Both the position numbers and the translations under genes were made by a program. A stretch of DNA of 44,626 nt, filler included, from Sphacelaria rigidula (taxonomy: Eukaryota): assembly GCA_964200075.2 (NCBI GenBank). It is 2 parts of 2 records of this genome, joined end to end, with 100 filler letters (N's around TTAATTAATTAA, not from the genome) between each part and the next. Parts side by side here need not be neighbours in the genome. Positions count along the whole stretch, not along the records: positions 1 to 22,278 come from CAXNAA020000343.1; positions 22,379 to 44,626 come from CAXNAA020000344.1. One strand, written 5' to 3'. Of the stretch, positions 11,201-22,880 are shown piece after piece. Every line of letters starts with the position of its first letter. The first letter of the stretch is position 1. The notes beneath the pieces are model-generated. The model was given only the letters and a program-made list of their open reading frames with translations, did not search any database and was not told the DNA's origin.

Positions 11201-14200
11201 CTGAGTCTGTCCACTGGCTGGCGGTCAAGGTGGGCGCACGGAGAGTATGCTTGCCCTGTGGTGAACGACTGCGAAAGTTTATCCCACCACATGTCGTCGT
11301 CATTGTTCCTAGTGCGTCGTAAAGTCCGGCGGCCAACTTTAGAATCTCTCTTTCCGTAAGACGTTGCACAAGTGCGTATCGCGCAGCGAGCATCCTCGCG
11401 CGACTGTTCTTCATTCAACATTCGCTGCAGACTTTTGCATCGGTATCGTGTTTCACAAGCTAACTCCCTTGTATGTTGTACATCGTGTTTTGTACCGTTC
11501 GCTGACGTGATGCCCGCGTCATATAAAGGTCGACACTGGAACAGGAGGGACAACCGAAGGAGCGGGATCCCAGCACGCACGCTGTCTGGTGCGCGCTCTA
11601 TGTCAATTACTGCGACGAGTTTCCCTCCATGCCTTACTTAAAGGCGCAGGTCAAACAGCGTCCTCGGACAGCAGCGAGGTTAATGATGCTACCGGGAGTG
11701 GGAAAGTGTCAGCAGTCCAGGTACGAAATACAGACCAAGGGTAGATGTATATGAGCACTTACGAGACCGGGGGTAAAAGCGAGCTGTGGGTCATTGAAGG
11801 TAGGGCCAACTTTGTCGACCGATGGGCGAGGTACGCTGGGCGCGTCCGTGTATATTTCGCAGGAATGTTCGGAGTGCTTATCCCTGACATGCACCAGAAG
11901 CATTACACCGATTCAACTTGACCCACTGTGTGTAACCTAACAGTTTTAGATAGCACCAGGCTTGTGGTTCCGTCGCGTGCACTACTACCGTCGCTACGCT
12001 AAACAACCGTGGGTAAGCCCCACGTATGCCGCTGATGTTCCTTCGTGTGTGCCGACAATAGATGGATGACGACGTGGAAATGGATGATTTCTTCACGAGT
12101 GGTGCGGCTGGGGCCGGTGGCGCTACCGGTTCAGCAAATGATGAGGTTTCCCCCTCTGGAGGAGGTATCCGGCTGGAGGATATCGTTCGCTTTCACCGCA
12201 GACGATGCGCTTTGCGGGCGGCAACGTTGTCACCCGAAGCACCACTTGATCCGTCCTATCCTTCAGGCAGCACTTCCGGCGTCGCGTCGTCACCGGCACA
12301 CCATACAACGAATGAAGCAGCAAAAGCGGCGAGAGAAGAAATAGAAGCGATGAAGGCCGCCGCCGGTACCCTAGCGGATGCGTCAGTTGTCGGTAAATTG
12401 TTCGATACGTTGCTACCTCCAGTGGCTATGCAACAACGTCAACAACAGCAGCAGAAAGTATCGCGATCATCGGACCCCTCCCCTGTCGGACGGACAACAT
12501 CGTCGCCAACGGGTGACGCGCGAACAGAACAAATAATAGAAGACAATGAAAAAGAAGACCCCGTATTGTCGCTGTGCTCATTGTATGCGGATCTAGTCAT
12601 GGATGGCGTGAGGGCGGGACCCGGGGCGGCAAGTACAGCGGCGACTGGAAGCGGGGGCGGGGGCAACTCGGCGGCAGGTGACCGGCAGACAACGCCGGCA
12701 AAGTCTGTTCTCAATGCGTTGGCGTTCGGGCGCCCACGGTCACCGATTGCTGCGAGACTGTGGGCATACTTGCAGGGACGGCATAACCTAGGAGCTTATG
12801 CCGAGAGCGTGCGGGGAGGGATGGCCAAACGTGGAGAGGAGCAAGCGGTTGTTGGAATGCAATCGGCGCTATTTTTGTTCTGCTCGGCGTATAGGTGAGA
12901 GGACGGTGCTGACTGCTGCGTAGTCTGGTTTTGGGTTTTTGCTGTGGGTGCTGATGCTGCCATGACCCCTCGATCGTCGCTCTGGGCGTTTCGGTTGTAT
13001 GATGTGCCACTCTTCCCCGTTTTTGAAACCACGTTTACTCTGACGTCAACAGCCATCAACTGTTGGCCTTGGACGACGAGGAATTTTACGAGAAACAGAA
13101 ACCGCTTGCGCTCGACGGCGTGAGACAGCTGGCGAACTTCCTCAAAACGTGGCTCTGCAGGTGAGACTCTCACCCGTGCAAGGACTGCGGCCTCACTAAA
13201 TAAGGTGCACAAAGCACTGCTTCTGACGAATCATTTCAAAGGATGCGTTGCATGTTGCTCTCGAGTCACCATGACAGCTGGCTTTCCAGTAGGCTACTGT
13301 CTCCTAAAAGAGAGGGATCTATCAACTGTGCTACATGAAATGTCCAACGGTGTGCACTTGAGCAATATAAAGAAACTCTGGGCACCCTACAGCGGGTGTG
13401 TGCCGGAATACAGCGGCGTAAGGAAACGGGTGCGCCGATGTGGGTGTTGGTCATGCGACTTCGGGGCGACGTGAATAAAGCGCTCCTCTGTCGTGAAACG
13501 TTATCGCAATGCACAACATTTATGAAATGCAAGTCATGTTATCCCTCCTCCTCATCAACATAGTGCATGGTTCGATAACAGCATTTGTCTTCGTCGGCAC
13601 ACAACGAGGCGAACGTCTCACCCAGCCTTCCACCCCTCACCCCCTATCACCTTGGTCAATACGAATCAGACTCTACTGGTTGGATCCCGCCATGCCAAGG
13701 CTTTCAGACGACAATGTTCCACCTGAGCCGACCGCCGCTCTGAGGTATTGCGAGGCCCGGCTGAGGGAGGCGTTACTTCTGCTGGCGGCCACTCGCCTGT
13801 TCAACCAGCTCTACGAGCGCAACACAAGGTGGGGCAAAGGAAAAATGACGCCAACACTTCACGGTTGGCGTGAAAGTGACGAGGTAGACATGAAAGCCGT
13901 ACGGTTCACAACTGGGCTCCTCACCCGCCCCCGCGTTTGACAGAAAAAAGTTGTGTAGGGTACTATGCTACGTTGTCGCGGCCGAACCCGAATACAGTCG
14001 GTAAACAGTGACGAAGTCCCAGGATATTCATAGCATGCGATCCACGCCATGTACCCACGAGGTGTTGCAACTTACAGCATGGCCTAAAACGCTGTTGGAG
14101 TGTAACGGTAGGGGATGGTTGAGGTTGCACGGTTTCTCGGCGATCCTGTTGAAAACGTTATTTCTTGTGGACACGTGCTATTTTTGTGCTGCAAGCACTC

Positions 14201-17200
14201 GAGCCACCAGCCTTTCAATCCTCCTACGGTACACGCTAGCCACTGCTGCCCTACACTTTGACTTTTAGGTTGAGGTACTCTCACTGGGGAGTCACGGGGC
14301 CGCGGTGCAGTGCGCAAACAAAAATCGCGATCCAGGCCATCAAGTGTGGAAGGACAGTATCCGAAACAATGTCCAAGATCGCCGCTCCCGCTACCGGTAA
14401 CAGTATCATCGCCAATGTGGCAAGTGATAAATTGCCGTTTAGTGTACGCCACAATGTCTTTGCAGCGAAGTGCAGCACCTGTTTTGTCACGGTTTGTTCG
14501 TCAATTCCCATTTCTTCGCCCGCTGTCGTCCTGCGATTGCCCGATCAGGCGACGTTTCTTGGATGCGGAAGCGTGGTACTGGGAGGCCATCTCCGCCAAG
14601 GAGCTCACGCCCCCGGACCGCCGCGACTCCGGCAGTGAGTGTTCCGTAGAGATACCCTTTTGCGCTCATTTCTTCAACGCAGTAGTGTTGTCTTTGTTTT
14701 CGCGTAATGGTTCTCATGCGAGGAGGAACCGCTTTTCACAATCTACACTATGGGATTGAGTACGCTATAGAGGACGCTGCGGTACCAACATCTCATGCAG
14801 CCACGCAGCTGTCAGGTGCGAGTATGAATGTGTTTTTGGCCGGGCTCGAAAGCTCACGCACATCGACGTTCGTTCGCGCCGCACACATGGCCCTTCCTGT
14901 CCTTCGCGCACTTTCCACGCAAGACCGCCCCCGTTCCGAGTGATGAGCTGCCGTTTTGATCGCTGCTTGCCAGCATTCGCAGCCGGTTGCCAGGAGTCTT
15001 GACAGGGCCTGGCATATTATGACACCTAGTATCTTTTCCCATGTACACGCTGTGGTGTGCTCGTTGGCTGCTAAGGCCTTAGCCCCAGCGCTGCAAGATT
15101 GCAATGCATTGCAATTCCCCGCTGGGATCAAAGTATGCAGGCACACTTGCAGACTGCGCTTCTTCTTCCCACCGCCAGGAATCCTCTAGGAATGTGGGGC
15201 TGCCCAACCTGGACATCACCATGTACAGCGATGTGACTGGGGGTACCCTTTTGCCTCCATGTCTAAGGGTGACGTCTAAACGTTTAATCTCGTGATGAAA
15301 CCCCAGTACCGTGCAAACATCTCGTAAGCCCCTGCGCCAAGACCGTCGTAGCAGCCGGCAAACGTCCGGCGGGTGATGCGGTCGTTCTTGCTTGCCCTAG
15401 AGCTGACTGATCGTTGCTCCTCCGGGGTCCTGTCGTCCTAGAAAATGCTATGGATGCCACGCCTTTCATACTTAAACAGCATCGCTGACCGTGAGCATGG
15501 ACAGCATGTTGTCTTGGTGCTTTTAGTTCTCGTGATTGGGTAGAGGTGAAGTGTGTCGATGACTTTTGTCGTTCTCGAGGACTCTGATCACTTGACAGAG
15601 GTCGTGCGTGCCCTTAGTAGCCGGAGGGAGTGCGCGCTTTTACTTATTTTCTGGATTGCTACACCCTGATGGATTCTAGCGCCTCGCTGACATACAGACC
15701 TAGGGGCACGCTTGGGCGTAGCACTCGTTCTATCCACGGACAGGATCGCACTGGGAACGAAACAACGTTGTTTGAGATTCATCGCCTGGACAAGAAAACG
15801 CCAAGATCGTGATTCCAGCCACCGGTCGAGATCATTGGTCTCATCGCGCCATGGCCTGCTCGAGGTTGCAACTCGTGGGCGTTCCGCGAGTGCGCCTCTT
15901 GGCTCTCGAGCTGGAAGATGTCAGGCTTCAACAGGAATCCAACCTGAAGGCGCTCTTCTCCATGACATTCCTTCTGTCCACAAGCAGGGCGTCTGCTGTG
16001 GACAAGTGCTCTTCTTTCTAAATATTAGCGCACAGCATCTGGTTCCCATGGGCAAGAGGGTTGCCATTAACATGTTCGGTCGCATGCTTGGATACGTGGA
16101 GATTCGTGAACGTGTTGGAGCTTCATGTGTCAATTTCGTCGTGGCAACTGGCGAGGATCCAGCTCACAATTTCATCTCTTCTCAGTTTTCCTTTTGACCA
16201 ACCGTGACTCCGCGCTAAGCTCGAGCATGCGAGCACGCCTGCCCATACTATTTGTTGTATCCACCAACATATAACTCCCGAACCCAGTTTCTGCCCATGG
16301 AGACAGTCAATGTGAACGTAGTTGTGGAGAAGTAGTTTTTATCGCGTGTACAAAGGTTATCGCTGCGATATGTATTCTGTTTAGACCCCAAGGTCGTGCA
16401 CATGTGATCTGATTCCTCAAGCCGAGATCTTGGCAGCAGCTGGCGGGCGCCTGACGTTTTTTACAAGAACTGATGGATGCAGCACCCCTTCATCGCCCCA
16501 ACATCGGAGAATATGCTATTGACGAACCTCTCCCTCTGTCAACCAACGACGTTGTAGCAGAAAGAAAACATGCCATGGCGACATGAGCACCGATAGCACC
16601 TTGGTGTCGAGGTGAACTTGTTTCTGGGCAGAAATGAGTTCCGTATGTGGTCTTTCCGCTTTCCAGGATCTCGGCGACGTGGTACGTTCGTTGGGCTTCC
16701 GCTCTGGGGCCTTCGACGGGTGGCAAGTAGTTGGTGTCAGGCGCGCGCGCATTTCCTTTATGGCTCGAGACGCATCGTAAACGAGGTGGTTCGTGTCAGG
16801 CGCACGCGCATTCCATTCCTTCCTTATGGCTCAAGACGCATGGTGAAATATGCAAAGAGGGGTAATTCGTATCAGTTTTGCACGGTTTTTCATGCACATT
16901 TCCCCCCCTTTTGTCTTGCTTGGCAAGTGGCCTCACCCGTTCTCTGCAGTACCTTGTTCGAGAGGTGGTTGCATCCATGGATAGAAAGGGTGCAACCGAT
17001 AAGCGACCCCTTGATGATTAGATCGCGGCGACGTGCTCATGACCCTCGACCCCGTATGCCGATGCGCACGTGGGCTCTAGCTAGACGGCGTCTGGACGAT
17101 GTTGCGTTTCGCCTGGTTCGCCGTAGGAGACCTGAAATATCCATCTAGCTCGTTGTGTCCAAGGCCTACGGGTACGCTTGTTCATGCCATCTCTTCAATC

Positions 17201-18064
17201 CATCACCGGAATAGTTATACCAAGAAGATCCTGCCTGGACGTCGGCACCGTTGGGATCATCTTACTCTTGGATAATGGGGTGTCATCATTGTGTTCGTCC
17301 ATGAATGAAAGGGTCCGTACCCCAAATAGTTTGGTCATAGTGGATGACCTGCAATACTTTTTCTTCCTACGGCCTTTTGTTTTCTACGAATGGTGATGAG
17401 TGTGGTTCTCTACGCCAGACCTTTTCAGCCGCAGCCATGCGGCAGAGGCCGACCATTTATTCCCCTATCGTCTAGTATTATCTTTTTCTGTCTTGGTCTA
17501 CTCTATTGTTCTGTTCCGCCTATGCTGCGTTTTTTTGTGTGTTTGTTCAGCGAGTGTCTGAGTTTTGTTTCATCTCGGGCACGTCTATCATGTGACCACG
17601 GCTGGATCCCTGGGGGGTCGGTCAAAGCGTGACAATCAATCAAATCAATGACCAATCAAAACATCGACGATCATGTGGCCGATGATGAGGCCGCTTTTCT
17701 CCGTGCTGCACACGCCGGATGACAAATGGCGTCTTCTCGGGTCCAAGCATGCGCTCACCCTTGTCCGCATGCGCTTTTCATATCACAGATTCCTCTAGCG
17801 GGAGATTCCGGACACGCTGAGCATCAGCGCTCGGGCAGCATGCTCCTATTGGAGTATATGTTGTTTGCTTGACGGCGAGAAACGCCAATAGAAATGTGAA
17901 TGCATGTTTGGCCTCGAGATGAGTCCAACGACACTACGACTCTTATCGAAAAGTCCTTCGTGTCCATTTCGCGCGCACGTCGCTCCGCGGGAGATCCTCG
18001 TCTTTATTGCAAAGGTGCTGTGAAAATTGAGAGGATGCTGCGCTTGTCATCTCGACAGATGTAC

Positions 18065-18103
<39 letters not shown>

Positions 18104-19894
18104 CGCACTTTAACTGACCCCCCAGGGGTCCAGCCGTGGTCTCATGATGGACGTACCCAAAACAACAAAACGGACACACGCTCTGAGAAAAAAAGGAAAA
18201 GAGGAAAAAAAAAAGAGGATCGAACAGAACGATATAGCAGACTCATTCGTACCAAAAAAAGTACTGCATGGGTTATTGTGGGTACACAGTCGAGGGTTCC
18301 CTTCAAGGCCGCCTCCTACGCATGAATCTCGCAGGCCTTGACCTCTCAAGGCCGAATCATAGCCAAATGAACCTCGAAAAGACAGCCGGCATCAAACCAA
18401 ATACGATTATGGATATACTTTATGGCGGAACACCTGTTTGGAGGTGTCGGGGGAACACGTAGCTTCAAGCGGAAAAGTGTGTTGAATATTATGTTAGGTC
18501 GGAATGACCTTTGCATTGTTCTCGTGTTTCGTATCGTGGCTGTAGTGATCAAAATATGGCACACCGTGTGCATGTACCTTTAAATACCGATAAAACCGCG
18601 TCGTAGGATATGACTATGGCTCTCCGTGTGGTGCTTCCACGTCTGGGGCAGTTATGTGGCTCTTTTGCTGTAGTCGGCGTCTCTGATGTTGGTTGTGCAA
18701 CTCAGTATTTGTCCGCAACAGGCACAGTACAGTCGATCAGCCTTCCGTACAAACGTCAACTCTATCATGTACTTTGAAGGTCACCAGCTTACTCACCTGT
18801 ACCAGCCACCGACCCGGCGCAACGCAACACACCACGCGGGACTGACTGTACCGTCGTATGGTCTATGCTTTGCTGATGAAGGCACGAGATCATACTTTAC
18901 ACAACAGCTCAATTCCGCACCGCGACATAGATACCATGTACCGGGGACAAATGTGACTTTGTACCGAGGGTAAATGTGAATTGGACGTACTCGAAACACC
19001 CTTGACGATTGCGGCCTTGGCGCGAAGAGTCCATCTGTACCCACTTTACGAGTACTGAAATAGCAAGTTGAAGTTATATTGTGTAACTTTTTCTGAATGT
19101 AGTGTAGTTCCAACATCCTCCTGACGAAGAAAATAGTGTTTCGCGGGACTGCCAGCCGGCGATATTGTGTCGGGAGTAGAACTCGTGAACTCGTGCTCAA
19201 ACGGTTAGAACGAGCTGCCGACGTTTCTCGCGGAATACGTGTACATAATGTATGATATGTCCCGAACAATCATTATCTGCGTTGGTCACTGCCTGTACGG
19301 TACTGTTTTTCTCTGGCACCATACGCAAAAGTTTTTCCCGCACAAGAGAAACTCGAGCGGCTTTGATGAGTAGTTCCTGTCTTACACTGGAGCGTGAGTT
19401 GGGACGACATGACAGGACTGATGATGAACGATGATCAGGATCGGCGTATAGTTGGAGAGACCCAGCTGAACGCTGGAGAACAACCATGTCTCTCTGAACG
19501 CATTGCATAGAACGCGCTACACCACGGGCCATGGATATGACCACGCCGGTTGCCATCGACCTCGGCACAAACGAAACGCCCGAAACGATGATGCTCCGAA
19601 GTCAGCTTGCACTACTGCACGAGTCAGGCGTTTACTGCTCACGGTATATGTTCGTGTATAGTACTTTGTAGGACTTGGATCGTGCGTGGGGATATCGCCA
19701 GCCTTGAAAAGTTCCCTGATGTAAACGTGGGCGGCATCATGCGGCGAATGCGTCCAGACTGACCGGAGAATCTGTTTTCGTCTTAATCCGTGCGTTCATT
19801 TCCGTGTCACGCCCGTCTTCCTGAAACAGGCGACTCTCGAATGGATATCTTCAGCTCCGGAAACCTGGGGACAGTGCTCACGAATATTCCACAG
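8247..19894 (+). CDS. UBE3B: HECT-family E3 ubiquitin-protein ligase, UBE3B/UBE3C/UPL6-7-like (partial: first exon and HECT domain not found)
   Basis: GT-AG exons with compatible phases: 8247-8323, 8977-9085, 9491-10819, 11529-11720, 12062-12894, 13053-13160, 13670-13828, 14549-14634, 19830-19894 (2958 nt, 986 codons, no stop). The product has the N-terminal charged helix and IQ motif (AQRQERARERLHASCATTIQKFWRGRSCVAKWREQERGAWD), then LFCSAYSHQLLALDDEEFYEKQKPL, LFNQLYERNTRRRF..W and VLTNIPQ, which are the pre-HECT signature blocks of this subfamily. UBE3B versus UBE3C is not resolved with certainty. Confidence 0.88.
9491..10819 (+). CDS. large exon of the UBE3B-like gene
   Basis: Acceptor TCACAG|ATA at 9490/9491 and donor AGG|GTGAGT at 10819/10820; open frame shared with ORF 9527..11179. 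Confidence 0.85.
12062..12894 (+). CDS. exon of the UBE3B-like gene
   Basis: Acceptor AATAG|ATG and donor TAG|GTGAGA. Encodes ...VLNALAFG...RLWAYL...LFLFCSAY, typical of the region just before the 'LDDxEFYE' block. Confidence 0.85.
13053..13160 (+). CDS. conserved exon of the UBE3B-like gene (HQLLALDDEEFYEKQKPL)
   Basis: CAACAG|C acceptor and GCAG|GTGAGA donor; phase 2/2 matches both neighbours. Not present in the ORF track. Confidence 0.9.
16734..16848. repeat. ~60-bp tandem duplication
   Basis: GTGTCAGGCGCxCGCGCATT...TTATGGCTCxAGACGCATxGT occurs twice (16734 and 16793). Confidence 0.75.
17340..17660 (+). mobile_element. retroposon 3' end with (CAAT)n tail, copy B
   Basis: ...GGGCACGTCTATCATGTGACCACGGCTGGATCCCTGGGGGGTCGGTCAAAGCGTGACAATCAATCAAATCAAT matches the reverse complement of 18065-18180. 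The 5' boundary is approximate. Confidence 0.7.
18065..18280 (-). mobile_element. retroposon 3' end with (CAAT)n tail, copy C
   Basis: A (TGAT)n run at 18065-18101 is followed by the reverse complement of GGGTACGTCCATCATGAGACCACGGCTGGACCCCTGGGGGGTCAGTTAAAGTGCGA. Confidence 0.72.
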
Positions 19895-22197
19895 GTGAAA
19901 AGTGGTTGACTGAGGAACCTTGATATTGCGGAGTTTGAGATAAAGTAGTGGAGCACGGCGCCGTACATAGTCCATGTCCATGAGGGTGTGTTTGGCACGG
20001 ATTTACTTTTAGTTCCAAGACAAACCTTTCACGAATGTATTTCGGCAAGGCATCGAGAGAGGTGCAACATGCTGGAAGTGGGGGGGTAGAGAAACATCAA
20101 GCCACCACAAGTTAGTTTTAGGCGTTGTAAGGCAGTTACTGTAAGCTACTGTCAACGTGCTGCAGGGTGACACCGTCCTGTAGCTCGCTCGCTGTACTTC
20201 ATTTGGTCATTATGGTGGCATCAGCTTTCAGTACGAAGCCGTCTTGCTGTGTAGCAAACCGAAATGGAGGAGCAGCAGCTGCGTGACTTCTAGCAAGATA
20301 TGAACCCCTGGAAACATCCCAGCTCCGTTTGGCGGGCAATTTGTCACTACACGTTCTGCACCGCGTATTCACGAGGAAAACAACGGCGAAGAAGTATAGC
20401 ATTTCGGCCGATCACGGATCAGAATTCCCGATCATCTTATGGCAAATTCCAGAAATGAACGATGGCACCACCGAGCACGGCTCGTTGATTCTATGCGCCC
20501 CATTGCACATGGCATGGCAGGGGCACAATAAAGGCAGTGGAGTGCAGCAGCTGCAGGTTTTTTTTTCACCCGGAATGTTGGAGAGCACAACATGCAGCAA
20601 GTCGCTCGAAAGTGCAATGAGAACAGATGTGACATTTCCCGGAAAAAAATAATAATCGTACATACTGGTCGCCATATCAATCTGCACCAAGATGGCTCGC
20701 TTGCACCCACTGATGGGTACAATACACCCGCTGGAACAGAAGTCGATGGGCCGAGTTTATAACGCCCCTTGGTTAGAACTGTTATGGAGGTGATTGGGAC
20801 CCGATTTTGGGCACTAAATACCTGGAAAATGGACCGACCAACTCCACAGTCAGTTAAATGCAGAAGAAATGAAACCTAAATGAGCCAATCAGTATCAATC
20901 ACAAGTACACGCGTCACTCGAAATGACGACGGTGCTCATACAAAATGTAGTATTTCTTTGATACATTCGACAACACACCTGTGACTGATGTTGCTGTACC
21001 CATGTACACAGGGTTACAACAACAGGAGGATAGAAGCTGCTGCTCGTGTTGTTGTTGTGCCCCTCTTGTTGCAGTATGTTGTTGTGCTTATCTTTCAACT
21101 CTATTTTTTCGGCAACGAAGCAGAGGATTGGACCGCGGTTTGATGCCTGCGCTTCCCACACACCAGAACTATTCAGTGTGGCAGCAGGTTTCCGTAACGC
21201 GTGCCGCGGATGCCGCAGCACTTCGCAAACGCTGCACCGAACACGAAATGTACTGAAAATGCGTTTCCTGCAACGTTCAGGGGCTTTTCGGATCCACTGT
21301 GGCGAATTGAGCAAATTTGCTTACGGCGCTGAATAGGTCTAGTGTGTGTGCGGGGGGCTGTGAAGTTCCAGAGGCTGCTGTGCTTCCTGTCTCGAGATAA
21401 TTGCGATGAAAATATTACATCTGTCGCATACTAAACCGAGGTAACTTGGGATGGAGCGTGTGTTATGCTTGGCACAGGTTCGGCACAGGCCCGAACGATC
21501 CATAACGTCTTCAATACGTCTTCAATATCCCTCCGCATTCATTTTACTTTTTGTGGGAAACGAATTTTGGTCGGTAAGGCCTTCATTCACCCCCATAACT
21601 GTTTGCTTCCACTGTACTGCATTTTGCCAGCAAGTGCGACACCGGACAGCCACCCACTAACAACAGACAGTACGGTGCATCAATTTCACCAACAGTACAG
21701 TCGACAAAGACGGGCAATCGTACTACCATATGTTTTTTTTATAAAAACCCAAAAAACATCGGACGGTACAATGGACCGAGTTATACGTGCCGTTGACCAA
21801 AGCGTTTGAGAAACACAAGGTCGTTGCATGTATTCACTTTATGCATCCGGTGTTCTATTGTACTGTGTATTCGCGCTCTTCGATAGGACGCCTGTCTGAG
21901 TTGGATCATGACCGCGATTTATTTTCCAAAAAATATGCAGTCGTGGAAGAATCTATTAATCGTTGGTAGTGGCGGGTGCGCCCAAAGATATATGTCTGAA
22001 ATCTGATTAGATTTTCACCACCGGCTGTAAACCTTTACTCCCGGCCGAAAGAATCTCCTGTCTACTCCTGGGTGCTAGGTAGAGTTCTTGTTCAGGCGTG
22101 CTTGGTTTCGCAAGAGCTCCACAAGTCTCCTGGAGAAGCAAAACGTGCAGATGTGATACCGGGATGTATGCATATCTTGTCCTTGACTGATGCTATG

Positions 22198-22228
<31 letters not shown>

Positions 22229-22278
22229 GCAAAAAGAGAGAAACAAACAAGAGAAAAACAAAAAAACGAAAAAAAAAG

Positions 22279-22378
22279 NNNNNNNNNNNNNNNNNNNNNN
22301 NNNNNNNNNNNNNNNNNNNNNNTTAATTAATTAANNNNNNNNNNNNNNNNNNNNNNNNNNNNNNNNNNNNNNNNNNNN
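22279..22378. other. scaffold gap with artificial linker (44 N + TTAATTAATTAA + 44 N = 100 nt)
   Basis: Seen directly. TTAATTAATTAA puts stop codons in all six frames, and low-quality poly-C/poly-A sequence precedes it at 22200-22278. Confidence 0.95.
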
Positions 22379-22622
22379 AAAGAAAAGCACACGTGGAATA
22401 AAAAAAAGACCCAGTCAAAGCGAATGCTCAAAGCAACTCTCCATCGTATCATCTACTCTCAAGCTCACGAAAACTCTGTTTCATGTGGATGTATTGAGGC
22501 AATCAAAACCACCATTACAAAAGAGAAAATCATCCCCCTGAAGCGGTGATCGAGACACCCTGACATTCAGGATGAGCTGTTTTGCGTTTAATCCATCGCC
22601 CCTTGGGCTGGATACCGTTCAC

Positions 22623-22880
22623 GGAGTGATGCTACGGTAGGGGTACACAAATATTTTCGGAGGGTAGAATTGTCAGGAGCCCTTTGTCTCATCCAAAACA
22701 CGACTTCTGAAATATGCGAGAGTACGCCAGGATTAACATTCCAATGTGCTGGGGATATCCCGAATAAATCTGCAAACTGGGATGCCCTGGCCCATATTCT
22801 TGTGCGTCTAGAACCATCAGGAGCCTCTGAACCAGACAAAATTTCGCGAAAAAAGTGTACCCCTACCGTAGCATTGCTCC
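22623..22880. mobile_element. ~260-bp MITE-like element with 26-bp terminal inverted repeats
   Basis: GGAGTGATGCTACGGTAGGGGTACAC (22623-22648) pairs with GTGTACCCCTACCGTAGCATTGCTCC (22855-22880) with two mismatches. No clear TSD. Confidence 0.65.
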
